Origin: an uncultured Gammaproteobacteria bacterium | GTDB taxonomy: Bacteria > Patescibacteriota > Patescibacteriia > Magasanikbacterales > GWA2-37-8 | Length of the DNA: 64,000 bases | NCBI GenBank assembly: GCA_964482695.1 | Contig: CAYZYP010000001.1 | Coordinates: 132,143-196,142 of the forward strand | Direction of reading: 5' to 3' | Shown here: one piece after another, positions 46,834 through 56,172 of the stretch | Numbering within the stretch: position 1 is the first letter of the stretch | Layout of the letters: every line of letters starts with the position of its first letter | Position numbers and translations under genes: made by a program | Notes under the pieces: generated by a model | What the model was told of the DNA's origin: nothing | Databases searched by the model: none | The model's input: only the letters and a program-made list of their open reading frames with translations

Positions 46834-47433
46834 ATGGCAAGCAAAATAAAACAAAAAATATTACTGTTCCGCTTGCAATCAAAACCAGACCCAGAAGCCT
46901 ACGCCGAGCTATATGATTTATACGTCAAACAAATTTATCGTTTTGTTTATTTTAAAGTTTCTAGTCACGAAGAAGCAGAAGATATAACATCAGAGATTTT
47001 TTTAAAAGCATGGCGTTATATAAATAACAATGCCAATAAAAGAATAAATAGTTTTAGCGGATTACTTTATAGATTAGCTCGAAACGCGATTGTAGATTTA
47101 TATAGGCAAAAAGCAAAGCGACCAGAGGTAAGTTTTACAGAAAATTTAAATAAAGAAAAATTTATTACTGGAAGTGAAAAACAAAACAATAATGAAATAA
47201 AAAAAGCAATAGGCGATGAAGGTAAATGGCAAAAAGATTTAGAAACTAAAATAGAGACAGAAAGATTGTTAAAAACTTTACAGAGATTAAAACACGAATA
47301 TAAAGAAATAATTACTTTGCGTTTTGTGGATGAATTAGAGATGAATGAAATCGCGGAAATAACCGGTAAAGGCAAGGTAGCGGTGAGAGTGATGTTACAC
47401 AGGGCGTTAAAAAGGTTAAAAGCTTTACAATAA
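46834..47433 (+). CDS. ECF-subfamily RNA polymerase sigma factor
   Basis: Region 2 (YDLYVKQIYRFVYFKV...EDITSEIFLKAW) and region 4 HTH (LRFVDELEMNEIAEITGKGKVAVRVMLHRALKRLK). Confidence 0.85.
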   Translation: MASKIKQKILLFRLQSKPDPEAYAELYDLYVKQIYRFVYFKVSSHEEAEDITSEIFLKAWRYINNNANKRINSFSGLLYRLARNAIVDLYRQKAKRPEVSFTENLNKEKFITGSEKQNNNEIKKAIGDEGKWQKDLETKIETERLLKTLQRLKHEYKEIITLRFVDELEMNEIAEITGKGKVAVRVMLHRALKRLKALQ

Positions 47434-47438
47434 AAACT

Positions 47439-48800
47439 TTGCTAAAATACATATTTATGAATGAGCTTAAAAACGGATTAAAAAGATTAAGACATGGGGC
47501 GATAAATCCCAGAGAAGAATGGTTGACAAAAAACCGTGATTTTTTGTTGTCTCAAATTAAGAACACTGTAGCTCCGAGAGAAGAAGAAAAATTCAATTTA
47601 GATAAAGTTTGGTTAGCGATGAGTATTTTATTGCCTCGCAATTTTGTTTATGGCGTAGTCCGCCCCTTGGCAGTAGTGTTTTTAATTTTTGTCGTTGGTT
47701 CAAGCGGTTGGATAGCCACAGTGGCCGCGTCTCAAGATTCTTTGCCCGGCGAATGGCTTTATCCGGCTAAAAGAGTCACAGAGAAAACCCAGGTAGCGGC
47801 CGCTACTGTGGTTGGTGATAAAAAGACAGAAACAAACTTGCGAGTAGAATTTGCCAAACGCCGCGCGGTGGAAACAAAAAAATTGGTGGTTAGCCAAGAG
47901 CCGGAAAAAATCAAAAAAGCGCCAAGAGTGGTAGAAGATTTAAAACAAGAAATAAAACAGGTGAACGCCAATTTAGAAGAAATTAAAAAAGAATCAACCG
48001 CAAGCAATAACGTGTCGGCAGAAGCGGTAAAAAATATTAATAAAGAAACCGAACAAATTAAAACTATTTTACAAGAAGTTAAAACTGGCCTTATAGCGGC
48101 AAGTTCAAGTGAAAAAAATACTTTATTAGCGGATAATGTGGCGCAGGCAAAAGGCTTGGCAAAAGAAACCGCTATTAAAGCCGTAGAAGTTTTGGTTGGT
48201 AAGCATTTACAAGGTGATAATACTGTTACTAACGAAGACGTAAAAGAAGCTATAAATAATCAGGTAAAATCTGTGCAAGCCGAAGTTGTTGTTAATAAAA
48301 TAGATATGGCGAAGGTAGAAAAAGCCGTAGAAGCGGCTGTTAAAAAAGAAGATCAACAACAAAGCAAAGACAGCAAAACAAACGTTGAAAGCAAAATTGA
48401 CGATAAGTTAACCAAAATAGAAGAAGTAGCCAAACAAACCAAAGAAGCAGTTACCAAAGTACAAGAAGTGGCGCAGAGTGTGGATAAAAAAACTACTGAA
48501 ACAGAAAATTTATTATCAAAAAATGATCTGGCCCAAGCTGTAAAAGTGGTGCGCGAAGCAAGCGAAGCCACCAATACAGTAGAGAAAGTAGCCGGAGAAA
48601 CAATGAAAGCTTTGCAAACTGCCGCGCCAGCTGTAATAGCCAAAATAGTTGGCATGAGTGTTCCTACAACTACCGTGACCGGCACAGTTGATGATGTCGC
48701 AAAAATTAACACGAGTACTGTTTCTAGTTCTACGTCTGGTATTAAGACAGCTACCACAACAGCAATAGAGGCTAAAAAAGTAGAAGTAAAAAATAATTAA
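47439..48800 (+). CDS. Putative anti-sigma factor (single TM, extracytoplasmic coiled-coil domain)
   Basis: Short cytoplasmic N-terminus, TM helix AVVFLIFVVGSSGWIATVAA, long K/E-rich coiled-coil ectodomain; position next to ECF sigma. Confidence 0.5.
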   Translation: MLKYIFMNELKNGLKRLRHGAINPREEWLTKNRDFLLSQIKNTVAPREEEKFNLDKVWLAMSILLPRNFVYGVVRPLAVVFLIFVVGSSGWIATVAASQDSLPGEWLYPAKRVTEKTQVAAATVVGDKKTETNLRVEFAKRRAVETKKLVVSQEPEKIKKAPRVVEDLKQEIKQVNANLEEIKKESTASNNVSAEAVKNINKETEQIKTILQEVKTGLIAASSSEKNTLLADNVAQAKGLAKETAIKAVEVLVGKHLQGDNTVTNEDVKEAINNQVKSVQAEVVVNKIDMAKVEKAVEAAVKKEDQQQSKDSKTNVESKIDDKLTKIEEVAKQTKEAVTKVQEVAQSVDKKTTETENLLSKNDLAQAVKVVREASEATNTVEKVAGETMKALQTAAPAVIAKIVGMSVPTTTVTGTVDDVAKINTSTVSSSTSGIKTATTTAIEAKKVEVKNN

Positions 48801-49081
48801 AATTAAAAAGATTCTCTTTCCTAAATGTGGATAGAAAAAGTGAATTTGTATCTATTTTAGGAGAGGGAAAAGTTAATAATTTGTCTCTTGCCAATTTGGT
48901 GGGGGAAAGCGGCCATGGCCAAAAGGTCGAGGGCTCCATAAGGAGTTCGCCAAGCCATTGTAACCTTGCTGAAGTTAATTGTTAAATTAACAAAAGCGGG
49001 TACACATGCCTAGCCGACTGACTTTTAAGCGGTTTACACTGTTTAAAACGCGCAGTTGACAAAGGTAATTAATTTATAATT

Positions 49082-52000
49082 ATGTCCGATATATACAAAA
49101 TGACAAAGAAAGTCTTTACCGTCGGCGTAGTAGTAACCACAATTTTGTGGTCATTGGGCGCGGCAGTATTGGTGCCAACCGTGGCAAACGCGGCTGACGC
49201 TTCCTGCCCAACCTTAAAAGCTGGCGACAACGTCAAGGTAGACGATGTCACCAAGCCTGCTATCTACTCTGTTGGTGCAGACATGAAAGTCTATTATTAC
49301 CCAACTGGCGATGAATTCAAGAGTTGGAATACCGATGAAAAATACGCTGGTTACTATACAAAAGTAACTCAGACATGTTTTGATAGTTTAGCATTACCAT
49401 CTACTTATCCAGGTGGCGTAAACTATCGCGCTGGTTCATACTTAGTTAAACGCGGTTCATCTGACAAATTGTATGTGGTCATGCCAAACAACACCAAGAA
49501 AGAAATTACCGTGGCCGCTGCCAAGATTTTGTATGGTACTAGCTATACTGTAAAAACAGTCGGTGATGCTTTCTGGCCAAACTACGTCACAACTGCCACT
49601 GGCACGATTGACGTAAATTCCAGCGGTATCATCAATCCACAAGAAGGTCAATTCGTAAAAGTAGGTACTGTGACCTATTATGTTGATTCCAATAGCACTT
49701 TGAAAGAAGTTGATTCTGCTGGCCTAACTGCCAATAGAGTTAAAACTGCTTTTGTCCGCATTTTGGATTCAAAGTATATCACTGGTATGACAATCTCGTC
49801 CGCCAAGATTAGCGCCGAGGTTACGACAATGACTGATAGGACACAGGGAGCTGGTGGAAGTGTTGTAGTAACTCCTCCAGTAACAGGCACAGGCACCTTG
49901 TCTGTTAGCTTGTCTGCTACCACCCCAACCGGCGGTAGTATCGCGACTGGCGCGAATGCCAACATGTTAGGTCTTACCTTAACAGCTGGCTCAACAGCCG
50001 TAAAAATAAAGAAAATTGCTGTTACCCAATATGGCTTGTCTGATACCAACGACTTGGAAAATTTAAAAGTCGTTGATGAAACAGGCTTGTTAATAGGCAA
50101 TTTGGTAAGCGCTGTCAATAGCGTTCGCCAAGCTGTATTTACTTTCCCAACACCAATAGATATTGCTGCCAATGGCACCAAGACCTATTATGTGCGCGCT
50201 GGTATTAATTCTACCAACGGCACAACCGGCAATACCGTTATTTTGGGTGTTGCCGCTGCTACTGATGTTACCTTGGATTCCGGTACTGTAAGTGGTACTT
50301 ATCCAATTAAAGGTAATACCTTTAGTATCGTAGCTACTACAGTTGGCTCTGTATCTGTAACAAACGATGGCAGTGTAACAGACACTACCCCAGATGCTGG
50401 TGATACCAATGTAGTATTAAATAAATTCAAAGTTACCGCTGGTTCTACCGAAGATGTTACAATAGAAGACATGACTTTCTTGGAATCTGGCACAGCTTCT
50501 ATTAGTGACTATTCAAATTTAGAGTTATGGGATGTTGTCGCGGCCAAATCATTGGGTGAAATTTCCACCTGGAATGCCGAAGGCAAAGCTCATTTCAAGA
50601 ATCTAAATATCAAAGTAGAAAAAGGTAAATCTTATCGCTTTGAATTACGCACCGACGTATTAAGCGGCTCTGGTTTAACTATGAACGCCGACTTAGTAGA
50701 CGGCAGTGATGTACTCATGGGCGTAAAAGGCAATAGTTTTGCTTTCTACTTAACACCAAGCGTAACAGGCTCTTGGACAGGTAAAGGCGGAAGCGGTGCT
50801 ACCGTAACAGACCAAACAATTAACAGTGGCAGTCTAAATGTAAGTGTTTCTTCCAAATCTCCGGCAGCTGGCAATGTTTCCGCTGGCGATGATATTTTGG
50901 TAGGCGCTTTCAGCTTTGAAGCCAGAGGTGAACAAGTGTTGGTAACTAATTTAGTTGTCAACTTTGATCTCACTACCATGCTTTATAGCGAAGTTACCGC
51001 TGTTAAAGTAAAAGATAGTGCTGGCAGTATAGTTGCTGGTCCAGTAGACGCTGCTACCGTATCGGGTGGTGGTGAAGTTACTTTTTCTGATAGTTTTATA
51101 GTACCAATTGGCCAGAACGATTATTACGTTTATGCCACAATTTCAACAAATGTTAGTGCTGGCGATATAATCCAGACTGATATTGATGCGGCCGGTGATA
51201 TTACCTGCAAAGGTTATTCAACAGGCACATCTATTACTCCAACCGTAAGTAGTGCGGCTGCTGCCAGTTTGACAGTTAGCTCAGCTGCTTTACAAGCTGT
51301 TACATTAACCACCCCAGCGCTGCGTGATATTGCTCCTGGCGTCCAAGATATGGTCTGGATGACTGGTGCTTTGCGCGCTTCTAACTCTGGCGAGGATATC
51401 GTGGTTACAACCGTTGTATTAGAAGATACTTTGGGTGATGCGGGTGATAATGCCAATGATATAGACAACGTAGAAATTTGGGCAGACTTAACCAATGATA
51501 GTTCAACTCGCGGTGATGTCTATGAAACAAAAGTGTCTAACACCGAACAGTTTGTTGATTCAGCTGCTACCGACGAAACTTTGTCTTTCACTTTGTCTTC
51601 GGCTATTACTGTGCCAAAGAACGGTGAAATAAAGATAGCTGTTCTTGCGGATTTAGCCGCTGGCGCCACAGCCACTGATACCCATACTATTAGTTTTGAT
51701 ACTGATAGTGGTGATGTATCTGGTTATGGCAAGTCTACAGGAATAACAGCTAATGCTACACCAACTGGCGCTGGTCAGACAATGACTGTTGCCGCCAATG
51801 GCACCTTAACATTAACTGTTGATGGATCTTCTCCATCTGCCAAATTAGTTTATGGTGGCCAAACCGATGTTGAATTAGCTATATTCCGTTTAGCTGCTAA
51901 CAACGTAGAAAATCTTGATGTTGATAGCATTAAGATTACCGATGACGGCAGTGATAATGCTGTTGCCACATATAAATTCTATGTCGGCACTACATTATTA

Positions 52001-52750
52001 GGTACAATTTCTGGTGGTGCGACAGCCGAAATTTTCTTGGCTGATAACACCGTTTATGTACCGGCTAACGACAATATCAAGGTAACCGTAAAAGGTGACA
52101 TGTCTACTGTTGATGGTTCAACTGTTGCCAATGGCAATACCGCAGTAGTTACTGTGGCTGCCGCTGGTGATATTGATACCACCGGAAAGTCATCTGGCGC
52201 GGCTGTTGATAGCACACAGACTAGTGTAGATGCTGCTATCCACACCTTATATAACGCTTATCCAAGCGTAGCGTTCGCCAACGATACACCAGGCGGCACA
52301 TTGATTCCAAATGCCAATTTATTGGTAGCCAAAATCAATATTACCGCTAATGGTAATGATGATATTACATTCCAGAACGGTGATGGCAGCAGCTTATTGT
52401 TGCAAGTAGCCGCTTCTAGAGGCGATGCTTCGGGTGGTACTGATGATTTAATCATCAAAGACAAGAATGGCAACACTTTGTGTTCCACTTCCACCTATAG
52501 CTTTGTAACCACAACCGAATGGACTTGCGACTTCTCTACCAATTCGTTAACAGTCGCCAAAGGCACGACAGAGGTTATCTATGTCTATGCCGATACTGCC
52601 AGTTTTGAAGACAGTGGTGATTCTATCCAGATTTGGTTAGATGATACTGCTGGCGACATTGATTGGGGTATTAACGGTTCTGGTTCGTTCAACAAGGGCG
52701 ATATCATTTTCCGTGGTGATAAATACGGTGGCGCTTTCAGCAAGGCCTAA
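49082..52750 (+). CDS. 1222-aa secreted T/G/S/V-rich cell-surface protein (S-layer/adhesin-like)
   Basis: Signal peptide ending VANA-AD; long repetitive beta-rich segments; no LPXTG. Confidence 0.55.
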   Translation: MSDIYKMTKKVFTVGVVVTTILWSLGAAVLVPTVANAADASCPTLKAGDNVKVDDVTKPAIYSVGADMKVYYYPTGDEFKSWNTDEKYAGYYTKVTQTCFDSLALPSTYPGGVNYRAGSYLVKRGSSDKLYVVMPNNTKKEITVAAAKILYGTSYTVKTVGDAFWPNYVTTATGTIDVNSSGIINPQEGQFVKVGTVTYYVDSNSTLKEVDSAGLTANRVKTAFVRILDSKYITGMTISSAKISAEVTTMTDRTQGAGGSVVVTPPVTGTGTLSVSLSATTPTGGSIATGANANMLGLTLTAGSTAVKIKKIAVTQYGLSDTNDLENLKVVDETGLLIGNLVSAVNSVRQAVFTFPTPIDIAANGTKTYYVRAGINSTNGTTGNTVILGVAAATDVTLDSGTVSGTYPIKGNTFSIVATTVGSVSVTNDGSVTDTTPDAGDTNVVLNKFKVTAGSTEDVTIEDMTFLESGTASISDYSNLELWDVVAAKSLGEISTWNAEGKAHFKNLNIKVEKGKSYRFELRTDVLSGSGLTMNADLVDGSDVLMGVKGNSFAFYLTPSVTGSWTGKGGSGATVTDQTINSGSLNVSVSSKSPAAGNVSAGDDILVGAFSFEARGEQVLVTNLVVNFDLTTMLYSEVTAVKVKDSAGSIVAGPVDAATVSGGGEVTFSDSFIVPIGQNDYYVYATISTNVSAGDIIQTDIDAAGDITCKGYSTGTSITPTVSSAAAASLTVSSAALQAVTLTTPALRDIAPGVQDMVWMTGALRASNSGEDIVVTTVVLEDTLGDAGDNANDIDNVEIWADLTNDSSTRGDVYETKVSNTEQFVDSAATDETLSFTLSSAITVPKNGEIKIAVLADLAAGATATDTHTISFDTDSGDVSGYGKSTGITANATPTGAGQTMTVAANGTLTLTVDGSSPSAKLVYGGQTDVELAIFRLAANNVENLDVDSIKITDDGSDNAVATYKFYVGTTLLGTISGGATAEIFLADNTVYVPANDNIKVTVKGDMSTVDGSTVANGNTAVVTVAAAGDIDTTGKSSGAAVDSTQTSVDAAIHTLYNAYPSVAFANDTPGGTLIPNANLLVAKINITANGNDDITFQNGDGSSLLLQVAASRGDASGGTDDLIIKDKNGNTLCSTSTYSFVTTTEWTCDFSTNSLTVAKGTTEVIYVYADTASFEDSGDSIQIWLDDTAGDIDWGINGSGSFNKGDIIFRGDKYGGAFSKA

Positions 52751-52910
52751 TCATAGGTTTTGCTAATGCTGGCAGGGTTAACCTGTTTAGCACCGTAAGG
52801 ACAGGACATGTCCTGTCCTACAACCAACAAGCACCTCTCGCGCAAGCGGGGGGTGTTTTGTTTTTTTGCTTTGACAGTTAGAGGATTTTAGTTTAAAATA
52901 ACATCAAGTA

Positions 52911-53024
52911 TTAGTGGCAAATACATATTTTTTTATAAAAAAGCAGTTATCCGTTTGCCTTTTTGCCTTTCGGCAAAAAGTTTTCCGACTACTTTTTTAT
53001 AAAAAAATATGTATTTGCCACTAA
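52911..53024. repeat. Intergenic palindromic element, copy 2
   Basis: 32-bp perfect outer inverted repeat TTAGTGGCAAATACATATTTTTTTATAAAAAA / rc enclosing the same core as copy 1 with a shorter inner loop (GCCTTTTTGCC-tttc-GGCAAAAAG). Confidence 0.7.
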
Positions 53025-53058
53025 TATAAAGCGTAAATTTTTTTTATTAATATTTTTT

Positions 53059-53748
53059 ATGGAACAAGATGAATTAGAAGTAAATTTGCAATCAAATAAA
53101 ACACCGGAAATAAAAAAGAAGAAATATTGGTGGTATATTTTGCTGGTTGTTATTTTGTTAATTGTTGGTGGTTGTTTGGTGTTGGTGAAATACAAAGTAT
53201 TAAATATTGGAATACTTAATATTAAAAAGATAGGCGAAATTATAAAGCCGGACAAACAAGCAGATACTATTTTGAAAATAGATTCTAGCGAAGTGGCAAA
53301 AGTAGATACCAGTAAATGGCGTGATTTCGTTTACGAATATTTTGGCTATAAATTAAAAGTGCCGAACAATGTTATGGTTGGTGGCTCTACAGATTACAAT
53401 GCCACTTCTAGTTTAAGGCAAGGAGACAAAAAATATAGTTTAGCTGTAAGCAGATCAGATGAATATTATATTTATTTTTTCCCAGAAGGCGGTTTTAGTT
53501 ATGCTAATAAGCAATTATATAAAACTCCCATAAAATCATATAGTTCCAAAATAAATTCAAAGCCTGTTACTGTTAACCAATATGATGATGAAAATATTCA
53601 TATAATTTTTGACAATTACCATGGCTTTGTGATTAGAGTCTTTGTTGACAAAGATAAACAAGAATACTGGCCAGTGGTAGAAAAGATTTTGCAACTAGCT
53701 GATTTAACAGATAACATTCCGGCAATTACAACTAGCACAAAGAAATAA
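53059..53748 (+). CDS. Hypothetical membrane-anchored protein
   Basis: Start placed at first ATG after the palindromic element; one TM helix (WWYILLVVILLIVGGCLVLV). Confidence 0.45.
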   Translation: MEQDELEVNLQSNKTPEIKKKKYWWYILLVVILLIVGGCLVLVKYKVLNIGILNIKKIGEIIKPDKQADTILKIDSSEVAKVDTSKWRDFVYEYFGYKLKVPNNVMVGGSTDYNATSSLRQGDKKYSLAVSRSDEYYIYFFPEGGFSYANKQLYKTPIKSYSSKINSKPVTVNQYDDENIHIIFDNYHGFVIRVFVDKDKQEYWPVVEKILQLADLTDNIPAITTSTKK

Positions 53749-53751
53749 TAT

Positions 53752-54198
53752 ATGCGTTGTCCGGTTTGCAAACACAAGGATACCAGCGTAATTGATACTC
53801 GCCCTACCGAAGATGGTTTTTCTATCCGCCGTCGCAGGCAATGTGATAAATGCCATTATCGTTTCTCTACCATAGAGGACATAGAACTTTTGGACATAAT
53901 TGTTGTGAAAAGAGACGGTGTTAGAGAAAGTTATATGCGAGAAAAAATAGAAAACGGCATAAAAAGATCGCTTACCAAACGCCCATATACCCAAGACAAT
54001 TTTCATCGTTTAGTGCATAATATAGAGCGTGATATTCAGAAAAAGAAAGAGCGGGAAATTTCTAGCAATGAGGTGGGGGATATAATAATGAAGCATTTAA
54101 AGATTTTTGATAAGGTGGCCTACATTCGTTTTGCTAGTGTGTATCGGGATTTTAGAGATGTGGAATCATTTAAAAAAGAAATTGGGAAAATAAAATAA
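53752..54198 (+). CDS. nrdR: Transcriptional repressor NrdR
   Basis: MRCPVCKHKDTSVIDTRPTEDGFSIRRRRQCDKCHYRFSTIE zinc ribbon plus ATP-cone. Confidence 0.9.
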   Translation: MRCPVCKHKDTSVIDTRPTEDGFSIRRRRQCDKCHYRFSTIEDIELLDIIVVKRDGVRESYMREKIENGIKRSLTKRPYTQDNFHRLVHNIERDIQKKKEREISSNEVGDIIMKHLKIFDKVAYIRFASVYRDFRDVESFKKEIGKIK

Positions 54199-54220
54199 TT
54201 TTTAGTATATATTTCAGCAT

Positions 54221-54658
54221 TTGTTAACAATGAAGTATATGTTTAAACACAAAAATCATTCCGCGCCAAAAGAAGAAAAGCCGATAGAAGAAACAGGCGT
54301 GGAGAGCGAGGTAAAAATTAAAGAGAATAGGCAAGTAGATTTGGGATCTATTAAGGAACTCATGGAAAAGAATTTGAAATGGTCGCAGATTATTTATGAG
54401 CAGAATAGAAAGATAAATCATAAATTGATGTGGGCGGCGATTTTTTCGTGGTTTCGACTGCTAGTTATTTTGGTGCCATTGGCATTGGCAATTTGGTTTT
54501 TACCGTCTTTGATGAAAGATGTTTGGAAACAGTATGGCGATTTATTAGGTATTTCCAGTAGCAGTACCACCACTCAAAAGAGTTCTTTGGAAAGTTTGCT
54601 CAAAATGTTTAATTTATCACCAGCGCAACAGGGCCAGATAAAGGGACTTGTGAAGTAA
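54221..54658 (+). CDS. Hypothetical membrane protein
   Basis: One TM helix; not recognised. Confidence 0.4.
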   Translation: MLTMKYMFKHKNHSAPKEEKPIEETGVESEVKIKENRQVDLGSIKELMEKNLKWSQIIYEQNRKINHKLMWAAIFSWFRLLVILVPLALAIWFLPSLMKDVWKQYGDLLGISSSSTTTQKSSLESLLKMFNLSPAQQGQIKGLVK

Positions 54659-54684
54659 TATCCCTTGGCGTGACGTGTAAACAA
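54653..54684 (+). promoter_or_regulatory. Conserved 32-nt upstream motif (copy 1, before pyk)
   Basis: AAGTAATATCCCTTGGCGTGACGTGTAAACAA; 29/32 identical to 62362-62393. Confidence 0.35.
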
Positions 54685-54696
54685 TGTTACAAGAGT

Positions 54697-56136
54697 ATGT
54701 TTAAATACACAAAAATTGGAGTGACTATTGGGCCTTCTTGCCAAGAGGTTGAGATTTTAGTTAACATGGTAAAAGCTGGCATGAATTTTGCGCGATTGAA
54801 TTTCTCTCATGGCGATTACGATAGCCATAAAAAAATGATAGAAAATATCAGAAAGGTAGAAAAAATTACTGGCGAGCCAATAGCTATTATGCAAGACTTG
54901 CACGGCCCTAAAATACGTTTGGGGATTCTGCCTGGGGTGGGGGTTAAAATAGAAAAAGATAAAGAAGTGGTTTTGAATACTGCTATAAAAAATTATACTG
55001 CTCGTGAATTGCCAATTGACTGCGAAGTATTGCACCAGTTTTTAAATAAAAAAGAGCGGGTGCTAATAGACGATGGCCGCATGGAATTGGTGATAAAAAA
55101 AATAGAAGGCGCTAAAATTATTTGTCAGGTAATAGAAGGTGGCGTGCTTTATTCGCATAAAGGTTTGAATTTGCCGGACAGTAAATTAAATATTAGCCCT
55201 TTGGGCGAAAAAGATAAAGAAGATATAAAATTTGGCATTAAAAATGGAGTTGACACGATAGCGATGTCTTTTGTTACTTGCGCTAAAGATATTTTGGATT
55301 TGCGTTTTTTGATTAAACAATGCGAGCAAGAATTAAAAATTGCTAACGCGCGGCCAATTCAAATTTTTGCTAAGATAGAAAGGCACGAAGCAGTTGACAA
55401 TATCAAAGAAATTTTGGAAGCGACTGATGGTATTATTGTCGCGAGAGGAGATTTGGGGCTAGAAATGCCGGCGGCCGAAGTGCCGTTGGCGCAAAAAATG
55501 ATTATAGATATTTCTAATGCCGCGGCCAAACCAGTGATTGTTGCCACGCAAATGCTTGATTCTATGCGTGTTAATCGCCGGCCGACTCGCGCCGAGGTTA
55601 GCGATGTGGCTAACGCGGTTATAGATCATTCAGACGCGTTACTCTTAACCAACGAAACAGCCACCGGAGACTTTCCATTGTTGGTAGTAGAAACAATGAC
55701 TAATATTATTTTAGCCACCGAAAAATCTGTTTACGACGACACTTCGTTGCCATCTATTCGTAAAAAAGGCACGGCAGTAGATACCGCTATCACAGAGTTG
55801 TCGCGCGTTTTAGCCGAAGAAGTTAGCGCCAAATTAATATTAGCGGCCTCTATAACCGGCGAAACAGGCCGGCTTATTAGCCATGTTCGTCCTCTGTTGC
55901 CAATTTTAGTGGCAACCAGCGATCAGAAAGTTTGGCGGCAATTAAACATAACTTGGGGAGTAAAACCGTTTCAATTAGAACCTTGTCATTCTATAGAAGA
56001 ATTAGTGGAACGATCTATTATGTATATCAAAAAAAATAAAATAGCCAAGAAAAATGATTTAATGATTGTCGTAGCCGGCGAGCCTGTTGGCCAAGCGGGC
56101 AAGGTGAACTTGGTGGAAGTAAGAGAGATAAATTAA
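54697..56136 (+). CDS. pyk: Pyruvate kinase
   Basis: MFKYTKIGVTIGPSC...NFSHGDYDSH...; start moved to in-frame ATG (track GTG start at 54670 lies inside conserved motif). Confidence 0.9.
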   Translation: MFKYTKIGVTIGPSCQEVEILVNMVKAGMNFARLNFSHGDYDSHKKMIENIRKVEKITGEPIAIMQDLHGPKIRLGILPGVGVKIEKDKEVVLNTAIKNYTARELPIDCEVLHQFLNKKERVLIDDGRMELVIKKIEGAKIICQVIEGGVLYSHKGLNLPDSKLNISPLGEKDKEDIKFGIKNGVDTIAMSFVTCAKDILDLRFLIKQCEQELKIANARPIQIFAKIERHEAVDNIKEILEATDGIIVARGDLGLEMPAAEVPLAQKMIIDISNAAAKPVIVATQMLDSMRVNRRPTRAEVSDVANAVIDHSDALLLTNETATGDFPLLVVETMTNIILATEKSVYDDTSLPSIRKKGTAVDTAITELSRVLAEEVSAKLILAASITGETGRLISHVRPLLPILVATSDQKVWRQLNITWGVKPFQLEPCHSIEELVERSIMYIKKNKIAKKNDLMIVVAGEPVGQAGKVNLVEVREIN

Positions 56137-56139
56137 AAT

Positions 56140-56166
56140 ATAGGGGCGGGGTAATCCCGCCCCTAT
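56140..56166. terminator. Bidirectional hairpin terminator
   Basis: ATAGGGGCGGG-gtaat-CCCGCCCCTAT (11-bp perfect stem) with flanking A/T tracts. Confidence 0.6.
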
Positions 56167-56172
56167 AAAATT

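Noticed and set aside
48930-48975. SRP (4.5S) RNA domain IV similarity (GGTC..GG..CC..GGAG..GCCAAG)
   Set aside because: Only loose resemblance: no GNRA tetraloop, and the conserved GGAAGCAGCC is replaced by GGAGTTCGCC; probably coincidental.
49457-52494. Multiple minus-strand ORFs (e.g. 49678-50181, 51214-51495) inside the giant surface-protein gene
   Set aside because: Antisense shadow ORFs produced by the repetitive GC-richer T/G/S coding sequence; no starts or SDs.
19018-52911. 34-kb interval between the two palindromic-element copies as an integrated island
   Set aside because: The interval contains core housekeeping genes (glyA, metK, tRNA-Val, elp3) with host-like composition; the two copies are better explained as independent regulatory/structural elements.
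52963-53058. N-terminal extension of the 53059 gene
   Set aside because: It would begin inside the perfect palindromic element; the start was placed at the first ATG after it.
54670-54696. GTG start for pyruvate kinase
   Set aside because: It lies inside the conserved 32-nt upstream motif. The in-frame ATG at 54697 gives the canonical MFKYTKIGVTIGP N-terminus.
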